Source: Verrucomicrobia bacterium UBA3063
GTDB taxonomy: Bacteria > Verrucomicrobiota > Verrucomicrobiia > Methylacidiphilales > Verrucolacustridaceae
Length of the DNA stretch: 35,389 nucleotides
Direction: 5' to 3'
NCBI GenBank assembly: GCA_002366885.1
Contig: DFCD01000116.1
Span: forward strand, 42,711-78,099
The position numbers and the translations under genes were made by a program. Positions within the stretch are counted from its first letter, which is position 1; each line of letters opens with the position of its first letter. Under the pieces are notes generated by a model that saw only the letters and a program-made list of their open reading frames with translations, searched no databases and was not told where the DNA came from. Shown one piece after another: positions 1-9,520 of this stretch.

Positions 1-329
1 TCCTTGGTGGCGCCTTCCTTGACGGTCTTGGGCGCACCTTCCACGAGGGCCTTGGCATCGGCCAGACCGAGGCCAGGCACCACCGCCCGGACTTCCTTGA
101 TCACGCCGATTTTGTTGGCCCCGGCATCCTTGAGAACGACTTCAAAAGTGGTCTTCTCTTCCGCCGCTGCGCCACCTGCGCCGCCGCCTGCCGGAGCCGC
201 TGCCGCCACCGCCACGGGTGCCGCCGCGCTCACGCCCCATTTGTCTTCAAGTTTCTTGACCAGTTCGGACGCCTCAAGAACGGTCAAGCCGCTCAGCGTC
301 GTCACCACTTCATCCAGATTTACCGCCAT
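1..329 (-). CDS. rplL: 50S ribosomal protein bL12 (L7/L12), 3' end runs off the window
   Basis: Manual translation from ATG at 329: [38 protein letters not shown]...[25 protein letters not shown]...[22 protein letters not shown] just upstream. Follows rplJ. Confidence 0.97.
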   Translation of the reverse strand, partial: MAVNLDEVVTTLSGLTVLEASELVKKLEDKWGVSAAAPVAVAAAAPAGGGAGGAAAEEKTTFEVVLKDAGANKIGVIKEVRAVVPGLGLADAKALVEGAPKTVKEGATK

Positions 330-484
330 GGTTTTCTCCTTCCCCTCCACCGCCTTCCTTGGGGCGGGTTCGGGGCAATGTCTTGTTGGGTCCCTGAATT
401 AGCCGGCCACACCCGTGGCCGAATTATCCCGGAAAGGCTCCCGGGCTAATTCTTGGTTTTTGCCTTTGTTGCTGTTCATGAAAT
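330..484 (-). other. Structured rplJ-rplL intergenic RNA (candidate cis-regulatory element)
   Basis: Nested inverted repeats: GAATTAGCC 396-404 / GGCTAATTC 444-452; GGCCAC 405-410 / GTGGCC 415-420; CCCGG 428-432 / CCGGG 441-445; and a hairpin at 342-375 next to the rplL SD. Confidence 0.45.
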
Positions 485-1003
485 TCAAGCTGCCGCAGCG
501 GCCTCCGGCTTGGCCCGGACCACCCGGGCCAGGCGCGCCCCCGGCTCCTTGACCAACCGGGCCAGCGTTGCTGCCGGGGCCTGGATGGCACCGAGCAGAC
601 GCGCGCGAAGGACTTCCGCCGAGGGCAGGTCGGCAAGCATGGTGAGCTCGGAGGTGCCGAGAACCTTCCCGTCCATCACGCCCACGCGGAGGTTCGGGCG
701 GGTAAACTCGGCCTTGAAAGTCTTAATCACCTTGGCGGCCGCCGGAGCATCGGCCCCGCCGGAAACCACCGCGGTCTGACCGGCCAAATCCTTGTCCATG
801 GCCGGGAGAGAGGCCTCATGGAGCGCCCGGCGGAACAGCGTGTTCTTCACCACCTTGACGGCTGCCCCCACCTTGCGGAGACGCCCACGCAGTTCGGAAA
901 ATTCGGAAACCTTCATGCCGGTGTAATCCAGGACAATGAGGTAGGGCGAGGATTTCACCCAATCCTTCAGCGTGCCGATCATCACATTCTTCTCTTCTTT
1001 CAT
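485..1003 (-). CDS. rplJ: 50S ribosomal protein uL10
   Basis: Motifs DYTGMKVSEFSELR, VKVVKNTLF and LADLPSAEVLRARLLG. Start placed at ATG 1003 (MKEEK) with a GGAGAG SD. Lies between rplA and rplL. Confidence 0.96.
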   Translation of the reverse strand: MKEEKNVMIGTLKDWVKSSPYLIVLDYTGMKVSEFSELRGRLRKVGAAVKVVKNTLFRRALHEASLPAMDKDLAGQTAVVSGGADAPAAAKVIKTFKAEFTRPNLRVGVMDGKVLGTSELTMLADLPSAEVLRARLLGAIQAPAATLARLVKEPGARLARVVRAKPEAAAAA

Positions 1004-1013
1004 GGCCTCTCCT

Positions 1014-1727
1014 TTATTCCTCGCTGGCGGCCGTTTCCGTAACCGCCAACGCAATTCCCGGGGAAAAGGTCGCGGAGAGGACGCAGTTCTTGATGAACTT
1101 GCCCTTGGCGCCAGACGGCCGGGCCCTGGTGACCGACTCGATCACCGCCTGAACGTTCTCCCCCAGTTTTTTGTCCTCGAAATTCAGCTTCCCGCAACTC
1201 ACGTGAAGATTGGCACCCTTATCGACCTTGAACTCGACACGGCCGGCTTGACACTCCTTAACCGCCTTCGCCGTATCCTCCGTCACCGTTCCGGTCTTCG
1301 GATTGGGCATCAGCCCGCGGGGTCCGAGCACTTTGCCAAGCTTACGCACCTCGGTCATGGCATCCGGCGTGGCCACCGCCACGTCGAAATCCGCCCAGCC
1401 GTCCGTTACCTTCTTGATCAGATCGGCAAAACCCACCGCCGTCGCTCCGGCGGACTTGGCAGCCTCCGCCGCCGCCCCTTGGGCAAACACGATCACGCGG
1501 ACCGTCTTGCCGGATCCGTGCGGCAGGCTCACCGTGCCACGAACCACCTGGTCGCTTTGCTTCGGGTCCACCCCAAGGTTGAAAGCCAGATCCACGCTAG
1601 GGTTGCCCTTGCTTTTTCCGGAGGGCATTTTTTTGAGGAGCGAGACGGCCTCGCTGACCGAATAGCGTTTCTTGGCTTCGATCAGTTTGGCACCCTCGCG
1701 GTACCGGCGACTAGGTATTTTGGCCAT
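1014..1727 (-). CDS. rplA: 50S ribosomal protein uL1
   Basis: Motifs LGVDPKQSDQVVRGTVSLPHGSGK and LGKVLGPRGLMPNPKTGTVT. Confidence 0.98.
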   Translation of the reverse strand: MAKIPSRRYREGAKLIEAKKRYSVSEAVSLLKKMPSGKSKGNPSVDLAFNLGVDPKQSDQVVRGTVSLPHGSGKTVRVIVFAQGAAAEAAKSAGATAVGFADLIKKVTDGWADFDVAVATPDAMTEVRKLGKVLGPRGLMPNPKTGTVTEDTAKAVKECQAGRVEFKVDKGANLHVSCGKLNFEDKKLGENVQAVIESVTRARPSGAKGKFIKNCVLSATFSPGIALAVTETAASEE

Positions 1728-1738
1728 GGCTTGCCCCT

Positions 1739-2164
1739 TTAATCCGTGATTTCCAGGCCCATCTGGCGGGCCGTTCCGGCGATGATGCGGAAGGCGGCCT
1801 CGTCCGAGGCGGCGTTCAGATCGTTTCGCTTCACTTTAACAATGTCCATGACTTGCTTTTTGGAAACCTTGCCGACCTTCACCCGGTTCGGTTCCTTGGA
1901 TCCTGAGGCAAGGTTTGCCGCCTTCTTCAGAAGTATGGAGGCGGGCGGCGACTTGGTGATGAAGGTAAAGCTCTTGTCCTTGTAGACGGTGATGACGACC
2001 GGAAGGATGTTGCCCCCCTCCTTGGCCGTGCGGGCATTGAACTCCTTGCAGAAAGCCATGATGTTGACGCCCTGCTGTCCAAGCGCCGGTCCCACAGGCG
2101 GGGCCGGATTCGCTGCCCCGGCGGGGATCTGTAAACGGATGATTCCGGTGATTTCCTTGGCCAT
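1739..2164 (-). CDS. rplK: 50S ribosomal protein uL11
   Basis: Motif [32 protein letters not shown]. Confidence 0.98.
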   Translation of the reverse strand: MAKEITGIIRLQIPAGAANPAPPVGPALGQQGVNIMAFCKEFNARTAKEGGNILPVVITVYKDKSFTFITKSPPASILLKKAANLASGSKEPNRVKVGKVSKKQVMDIVKVKRNDLNAASDEAAFRIIAGTARQMGLEITD

Positions 2165-2172
2165 AAATGCTC

Positions 2173-2742
2173 CTAGGTCTTCTCCACTTGCCAGTACTCG
2201 AGTTCCACGGGGGTGGACCGACCAAAGATGGAGACCGCCACCCGAACGCGCCCGCGTTCGGCGTCAACTTCCTCGACCACGCCCTCTTGGTTTTGGAACG
2301 GGCCATCGCCCACCTTCACCCGGTCGCCGATCGCAAAGATCACTTTCGGGGTAACCTTCTCCTCCTTTTCCCGGATTTGGGCCAACATGCCCTCCACCTC
2401 GCTGGGGCGCATCGGGGCAGGACGGTCCCCGTCGGCAAAACCCAGGACGCCCGGGGTTTCCTTCACAAAATACCAGGGCCGCTCGTGCAGTTTCTTTTCG
2501 GCGTCGTAGAGCGCCATTTTCATGAAAATGTAACCCGGATAAAGCTTCCGCTCCGTCTCCGTCCTTTTGCCCCGCTTGATCTCGGAAACCCGCTCCGTGG
2601 GAATGACCACTTCGTGCACGTAGTCCCCCATTTCCTCGGTCTTGATGCGGTTCATCATGTGCCTTTTGACGTTGGTCTCCTGTCCGGAAAGGACATGGAC
2701 GGCAAACCAGGCGGGCTCAACGGTGGTGGCGGTTTCGCTCAT
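2173..2742 (-). CDS. nusG: Transcription termination/antitermination factor NusG
   Basis: NGN domain ([19 protein letters not shown]) plus KOW domain ([23 protein letters not shown]). secE-nusG-rplK synteny. Confidence 0.98.
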   Translation of the reverse strand: MSETATTVEPAWFAVHVLSGQETNVKRHMMNRIKTEEMGDYVHEVVIPTERVSEIKRGKRTETERKLYPGYIFMKMALYDAEKKLHERPWYFVKETPGVLGFADGDRPAPMRPSEVEGMLAQIREKEEKVTPKVIFAIGDRVKVGDGPFQNQEGVVEEVDAERGRVRVAVSIFGRSTPVELEYWQVEKT

Positions 2743-2751
2743 GGGTCCAAA

Positions 2752-3054
2752 TCAGAATTTCACCAACCAACCGACCACCCGGGTGATCAGAAAGTCGAAG
2801 CCCGAGGTGTAGGCCGCCAACACAAGCGTGGTCATGGCGACGACCGCGGTGCTGTCGATCAGCTCGCGGTATTTCTTCACGCCCGCCTCGGTCGGATCCC
2901 ACGGCCAGGAACACTTGGCAAGCTCACCGCGCACTTCCCCGAGGAATTTGGCAATGGAGGATCGGTAGCGGAAAAGGAGAAAGACGGTAGTGAGGGTCAG
3001 GCCCCCGACCACCGCCGTCCACAACCAGCTACCGCCGATTTTCCAAGCTTCCAT
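2752..3054 (-). CDS. secE: Preprotein translocase subunit SecE (two predicted TM segments)
   Basis: FLGEVRGELAKCSWP motif followed by a hydrophobic segment. Lies between tRNA-Trp and nusG. Confidence 0.92.
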   Translation of the reverse strand: MEAWKIGGSWLWTAVVGGLTLTTVFLLFRYRSSIAKFLGEVRGELAKCSWPWDPTEAGVKKYRELIDSTAVVAMTTLVLAAYTSGFDFLITRVVGWLVKF

Positions 3055-3082
3055 CGTCGTGTTTTTTCTCCTCTTTCAGACG

Positions 3083-3155
3083 CAGGGCAGGAGGGACTCG
3101 AACCCCCAACCGACGGTTTTGGAGACCGCTACTCTACCAATTGAGCTACTGCCCT
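3083..3155 (-). tRNA. tRNA-Trp (anticodon CCA), 3' CCA not encoded
   Basis: Reverse complement AGGGCAGTAGCTCAATTGGTAGAGTAGCGGTCTCCAAAACCGTCGGTTGGGGGTTCGAGTCCCTCCTGCCCTG folds as a cloverleaf. Canonical tuf-trnW-secE position. Confidence 0.96.
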
Positions 3156-3223
3156 CCATCCGTCCGGCTGGCAGGGCGCGGCCCAATGGCCGACCCCTCC
3201 CACCGGTCTTATTGACCCTGAAA

Positions 3224-4417
3224 CTACTTCAGGATTTCCGTGACCCGGCCGGCGCCGACCGTTTTGCCGCCCTCGCGGATGGCAAACCGGATCTGTTTTT
3301 CCATTGCGATCGGCGTGATCAGCTCGACCTCAATGTCGACATTGTCCCCGGGCATGACCATCTCCACGCCCTGCTTCAGCGTGACGACTCCGGTCACATC
3401 CGTTGTCCGGAAGTAGAACTGGGGACGATAGCCGTTGAAGAACGGGGTGTGCCGCCCGCCCTCGTCCTTGCTGAGTACGTAAACGGTGGCCTTGAACTTG
3501 GTGTGCGGGGTGATCGTGCCCGGCTTGGCAATGACCTGGCCGCGCTCCACGTCCTCTTTTTTGGTTCCGCGGAGGAGAAGGCCGACGTTGTCGCCAGCCT
3601 CCGCGGTGTCGAGGAGCTTGCGGAACATTTCGATGTCCGTGACCACGGTTTTGGCGGTGGGCTTAATGCCGACGATCTCCACCTCCTCCATCTTTTTGAG
3701 CACGCCGCGTTCGACACGGCCGGTCACCACGGTGCCACGACCCTCAATGTTGAACACGTCCTCGACCGGCATGAGGAAGGGCTGATCCTTCGGCCGCTCG
3801 GGGATGGGAATGTATTTGTCGACCGCCTCCATTAGTTCGAGGATGGGCTTGGCGGCGTCGCTCTTGGGATCGCCCGATTCAAGCGCCTTCAGGGCGCTGC
3901 CTTTGATGATCGGGATCTTGTCCCCAGGAAACTCATACTTCGAGAGCAGCTCACGGACTTCCACCTCCACCAGGTCGAGCAGATCCTTGTCATCGACCAT
4001 GTCCACCTTGTTCAGGAAGACCACAAGGGCGGGAACGCCGACCTGGCGGGCCAGCAGGATGTGCTCGCGGGTCTGCGGCATCGGGCCGTCCGCCGCGCTC
4101 ACCACAAGAATTGCGCCGTCCATCTGGGCGGCGCCGGTAATCATGTTTTTGACATAGTCGGCGTGCCCGGGACAGTCCACGTGGGCGTAGTGGCGGGTAT
4201 CCGTGGCGTACTCAACGTGCGAGGTGTTGATGGTGATGCCACGCTCCTTCTCCTCGGGTGCATTGTCGATTTGGTCGTAGGCCCGGGCCTCGGCAAGACC
4301 CTTCTTGGCGAGAATTGTGGTGATGGCTGCGGTCAAAGTCGTTTTCCCGTGATCGACGTGGCCGATCGTGCCGACATTGACGTGGGGTTTGGATCGATTG
4401 AATGCCTCTTTCGCCAT
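3224..4417 (-). CDS. tuf: Elongation factor Tu
   Basis: Motifs [30 protein letters not shown] and [24 protein letters not shown]. Confidence 0.99.
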   Translation of the reverse strand: MAKEAFNRSKPHVNVGTIGHVDHGKTTLTAAITTILAKKGLAEARAYDQIDNAPEEKERGITINTSHVEYATDTRHYAHVDCPGHADYVKNMITGAAQMDGAILVVSAADGPMPQTREHILLARQVGVPALVVFLNKVDMVDDKDLLDLVEVEVRELLSKYEFPGDKIPIIKGSALKALESGDPKSDAAKPILELMEAVDKYIPIPERPKDQPFLMPVEDVFNIEGRGTVVTGRVERGVLKKMEEVEIVGIKPTAKTVVTDIEMFRKLLDTAEAGDNVGLLLRGTKKEDVERGQVIAKPGTITPHTKFKATVYVLSKDEGGRHTPFFNGYRPQFYFRTTDVTGVVTLKQGVEMVMPGDNVDIEVELITPIAMEKQIRFAIREGGKTVGAGRVTEILK

Positions 4418-4511
4418 AACTCTAATTCTCCTTGCTCGGGTGTTCTGCCTCTCGGGTTCGCCGGGTTCGAACCCGCCGTCGATGTCCCCGCCCGGGGTTT
4501 CATCTCGGCCG

Positions 4512-4584
<73 letters not shown>

Positions 4585-4695
4585 GAGTTAGGAACCCGTT
4601 AGGGCTCCGGGTTTCGCCCGGCGTTTCCACATCGGCACAAAACCTGCTCTAAGCCATCGGCTCAGTCAGATGGATGTGACAACTAGGAACTTATA

Positions 4696-4725
4696 AGCAT
4701 GCCCGTTAGGGCGTGCAGGTGTCAA
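4696..4725 (-). promoter_or_regulatory. Putative sigma70 promoter for the tRNA-Thr-tuf operon
   Basis: TTGACA (4725-4720), 18-nt spacer, CATGCT (4701-4696), with an AT-rich stretch upstream. Confidence 0.55.
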
Positions 4726-4745
4726 CTATCTCTTCGCAATAAAAA

Positions 4746-5240
4746 TTAATCCAGAATCATCCGATAAATATAGTAAAAAACCCCCAATAAACCCACCCCG
4801 GCTGCCAGAAAAAGGAAAATGTTGGGATTCAAGGCCTTTCCCTTCCCCTTAATGGGGGAAATGTTGCGGAAGTTCGCGGGGATGCCGAGTTCCAGCCCAA
4901 TCTCCGGCTGAAAGGCCGCCCCGCTGGCCGGCAGGGCCAGCGCCACCCGGGGTACCGCCCCCTCATAACGGAAGGGAATCTGCCCAAATTGCACCCGGTC
5001 TCTGTCCTGCAGTTGGGCTTCCGTGATTTTCTCATCGTTGACACGCGTCCCGTTGGTGGAATCCAGGTCCCGCACTTTGTATTCCTGCCCTTCCAACACC
5101 AGCTCCGCGTGGCGGGAAGATACACTTCCATGGAGAACCTGCAGCTCGTTGCCGTCTGCCCGACCAACACCGGCCCGGGGCCCCGCGAGCTCCACCATCA
5201 GGCCGGGGAATTCCTTGCTCTCGGAAACCAGCTTCGGCAT
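4746..5240 (-). CDS. FHA-domain protein with C-terminal membrane anchor
   Basis: FHA motifs VGR, SVSSRHA and DLDSTNGTRVN. C-terminal IFLFLAAGVGLLGVFYYIY hydrophobic helix. Start at ATG 5240. Confidence 0.88.
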   Translation of the reverse strand: MPKLVSESKEFPGLMVELAGPRAGVGRADGNELQVLHGSVSSRHAELVLEGQEYKVRDLDSTNGTRVNDEKITEAQLQDRDRVQFGQIPFRYEGAVPRVALALPASGAAFQPEIGLELGIPANFRNISPIKGKGKALNPNIFLFLAAGVGLLGVFYYIYRMILD

Positions 5241-5249
5241 GGCCAAGGC

Positions 5250-6389
5250 CTATCCCCTTTTACCCGCCGCGTCCAGCAACTCGGAGAACTGCCGGAAAAA
5301 ATAAGCAGCGTCATGGGGGCCGGGTGCCGCCTCCGGATGGTATTGAACGGAGAAGGCTTCCCCGGAAACAAGTCGGATGCCCTCGCAGGTGCCGTCGTTC
5401 AGGTTGACATGAGTCACCACCGCCCGCCCCGCGGGCAACGTGGCCGGATCCACCGCATACCCATGATTCTGGCTGGTGATGGCCACCTTCCCCGAGGAAA
5501 GGTCCCTCACCGGTTGGTTGCCCCCGCGATGGCCGAATTTCAGCTTGAAAGTCTTCGCCCCCAAAGCGTGCGCCAGCATCTGGTGCCCGAGACAGATGCC
5601 GAAAATCGGCTTTTTGCCGAGAAGCCCGCGCACTGTCTCGTGGACATAGGTCGGTACGGCGGGATCACCCGGGCCGTTGGACAGAAACACTCCGTCAACA
5701 CCGGAATTCAGGATGTCCCCGGGTTTGGCCCCGGCTGGAAAAACCAGCGGCTGGATGCCCTGCGCACGCAAAAGGCGAAGGATGTTTCTTTTGATCCCAC
5801 AGTCGATCGCCGCGACGCGGTGGCGCACCGGAGGCATCCTTCTCGCTTCCGATCCCAATTTCCCGGGAAAGTCCCTTCCCTCGGGATCCCACTCATAAGG
5901 CGTACCGGTCGTCACCTCCCCCACATAGTCCCTTGCGCCAAGACCGCCCCACTCCCGCGCCCTTCGGACAGCCTCCTCCCCGGACATGCCATTGGTTGCC
6001 AACACCCCTTTGAGCGCTCCTGCCATCCGCAGTTTTCTGGTCAGCGCCCTCGTGTCCACCCCCTGCACCGCGGGAATCTTGTTCCGGTCGAGGTACACTT
6101 CCAGGCTCTCCCGGTTCCGCCAGTTGCTTGCCCGCCGGGAAAGTCTCCGCACCACCAACCCCGCCACTTGCACGCGGTCCGATTCCTCATCCTCCGGGTT
6201 GATCCCGGTATTGCCAATTTCCGGGCAGGTCAGCGAGACGACCTGCCCCCGGTAACTCGGATCGGTCAGGATTTCCTCATACCCGGTCATCGAGGTGTTG
6301 AAGCACATTTCCGCGGCCACCCATCCTTCGCGACCGAAGCCGCGGCCCCGCAAAATAGCTCCGTCTTCAAGACCGATGATGCCGTCCAT
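5250..6389 (-). CDS. carA: Carbamoyl-phosphate synthase small (glutaminase) subunit
   Basis: Motifs FNTSMTGYEEILTDPSY, LSNGPGDP, FGICLGHQ and SVQYHPEAAPGPHD. Start placed at ATG 6389 (MDGIIGLEDG). Confidence 0.96.
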   Translation of the reverse strand: MDGIIGLEDGAILRGRGFGREGWVAAEMCFNTSMTGYEEILTDPSYRGQVVSLTCPEIGNTGINPEDEESDRVQVAGLVVRRLSRRASNWRNRESLEVYLDRNKIPAVQGVDTRALTRKLRMAGALKGVLATNGMSGEEAVRRAREWGGLGARDYVGEVTTGTPYEWDPEGRDFPGKLGSEARRMPPVRHRVAAIDCGIKRNILRLLRAQGIQPLVFPAGAKPGDILNSGVDGVFLSNGPGDPAVPTYVHETVRGLLGKKPIFGICLGHQMLAHALGAKTFKLKFGHRGGNQPVRDLSSGKVAITSQNHGYAVDPATLPAGRAVVTHVNLNDGTCEGIRLVSGEAFSVQYHPEAAPGPHDAAYFFRQFSELLDAAGKRG

Positions 6390-6399
6390 CCGCGGAACC

Positions 6400-7685
6400 C
6401 TACTTTTTCGGCGCCCGCCCGTCGAGGTCATGCCGAATCTCCCCCCCGACCATGGTGAGCACCGCACGGCCCTTTAGTTCTCTCCCCTCGAACGGGGTGT
6501 TCCGGCCTTTGCTCCGGAACTCCTCCTTTTTCACCGTCCACTTCCTCTCTGGATCCATCACCGTGAGATCCGCCACAGCCCCTTCCCCCAGTGTCCCCCG
6601 CCCCAATCCAAAATAGTCAGAGGGAATATAAGTCATCCTGGCCACCACCTCCCCAAGGGGCATTCCCTGACCGTGGACCAATTCGGTCAAATACACTCCC
6701 AGGGCCGTCTCCAGCCCCACCACGCCAAACGGCGCCTCGTCAAACTCCACCTCTTTCTCGTAGGAACAGTGGGGCGCGTGATCCGTTGCCAGGAAACGGA
6801 TGGTCCCGTCCGCCACCGCTTCCCGGACCGCCTTCACATCCTCCGCGGTTCGCAGAGGCGGGTTCATTTTGAAATTCGTGTCGTAGCCCTCCACCAGTTC
6901 CTCCGTCAGGCAGAGGTGGTGGGGAGAAGCCTCGCCGTCGAGGCGCACTCCCCTGGCCCGCGCCTCCCGCAGAATCCGGACCGACCCGGCGGAGCTCAGG
7001 TGCTGACAAACCACCCTCGCCCCGGTGAGTTCGGCCAATAACGCGTTTCGCGCCACCATCACCTCCTCGGCGATTCCCGGCCAACCCGGCAACCCGAGGA
7101 TGCGCGACCACCTCCCCTCGTTCATCACCCCGCCGGCGGAGAGGCTCCTGTCCTCGCAGTGGTCCAGTACCGGCAGGTCAAACATCCGCGCATATTCCAG
7201 CGCCCGCCGCATCAGCTCCGCGCTCTGGATACAGTGGCCGTCGTCGGTAATCGCCACCACCCCCGCCTGTCGCAGCGCCCCGATCGGCGCCAGCGTCTCC
7301 CCCTTCTGCCCAAGGGAAATCGCCCCGGTCGGAAAAACGTTCACCAGACCCGTTTCCCTCGCCCGCTGCCGCATCCAGGCGATCGTGTTCGGTCCGTCGG
7401 CCACCGGCGCGGTGTTCGGCATGGCCATCACCGAGGTGAAACCCCCTGCCGCCGCCGCCGCCGTTCCCGTGCCGATGGTTTCCTTGGCTGATTGCCCCGG
7501 TTCCCGCAAATGCACGTGCGGATCAATCAAGCCCGGCGTCACCACCAACCCGTCCAACTTCATCACCACCGCACCCGTGGAAGGCTTCCCACCGGAGATT
7601 CTGCCATCCCGGATCAACAGATCGCCGGGAGCATCCCGTTGGGCGCCCGGATCCAGGATTCTTCCCCCCTGCAGCAGGATCTCGT

Positions 7686-7689
<4 letters not shown>
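6400..7689 (-). CDS. pyrC: Dihydroorotase (long, type I)
   Basis: Metal and catalytic motifs DPHVHLREPG, TDDG, HCED, KMNPPLR and ATDHAPH all intact. Confidence 0.95.
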
Positions 7690-9154
<1,465 letters not shown>

Positions 9155-9159
9155 CTACA

Positions 9160-9193
9160 CCTCCTTGGGGAACTCTCTGTTTCCCCTTAAAGG
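9160..9193 (-). promoter_or_regulatory. PyrR-binding RNA stem-loop overlapping the pyrR Shine-Dalgarno
   Basis: mRNA reads CCUUUAA-GGGGAA-ACAGAGAG-UUCCCC-AAGGAGG-UGUAG-AUG. It has the CUUUAA bulge, CAGAGAG loop and AAGG lower-stem arm seen in Bacillus PyrR binding loops. Confidence 0.8.
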
Positions 9194-9216
9194 ACGCGGA
9201 TGCGTCAGCTCACTTT

Positions 9217-9459
9217 CTAGCCCCCGGTTTTTTCCTTGGCGAGGGCATTTTCTCGTTGGCAGCGCCAAGCCGCGCGGTGTTTCACAATCCAGTCCAAAAG
9301 GGCCTTTTCAAAGCCAACATCCAGGCCTGCCTGTTCGCTAAGATACCACTTGTGGCGGAGGATCTCCTCCCGCTCGAGCAAGAACTCCCGGTAAAGCGCC
9401 GAATTGCGGAAGACCGCATTCGGATCGGCTGTTAGGCTGGGTGTGCCCGCCTTGCTCAT
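9217..9459 (-). CDS. Small DUF4032-like protein
   Basis: EREEILRHKWYLSEQAGLDVGFEKALLDW resembles the DUF4032 HKW..SE.AG.DVG motif (recognised from memory, not searched). Confidence 0.75.
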   Translation of the reverse strand: MSKAGTPSLTADPNAVFRNSALYREFLLEREEILRHKWYLSEQAGLDVGFEKALLDWIVKHRAAWRCQRENALAKEKTGG

Positions 9460-9468
9460 TAGGGATAA

Positions 9469-9501
9469 ATTGCCCTTGCATCCAGAGTTCGCAAGGGCGA
9501 T
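9469..9501 (-). terminator. Hairpin downstream of mrp (candidate terminator or operator)
   Basis: GCCCTTGC 9472-9479 / GCAAGGGC 9491-9498 is a perfect 8-bp inverted repeat, extendable to 11 bp with one mismatch. It is followed by AAUUUAU on the minus strand. Confidence 0.4.
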
Positions 9502-9520
9502 GTGACAAGAAGTTTACAAT

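Noticed and set aside
3160-3210. Imperfect GC hairpin between tuf and tRNA-Trp
   Set aside because: There is no U-tract in the transcribed direction. It is probably an ordinary spacer or processing stem.
4450-4480. GGGTTCGAACCC T-arm-like sequence between tRNA-Thr and tuf, suggesting a tRNA remnant
   Set aside because: No D-arm, anticodon arm or acceptor stem can be built. It is explained as a simple leader hairpin (GGGTTCG/CGAACCC).
4989-6458. Long antisense and alternative-frame ORFs (e.g. 4989-6458, 9530-10738, 24582-26219, 29427-30545)
   Set aside because: They shadow well-supported genes and have no recognisable motifs. This is expected from stop-codon scarcity in GC-rich DNA.
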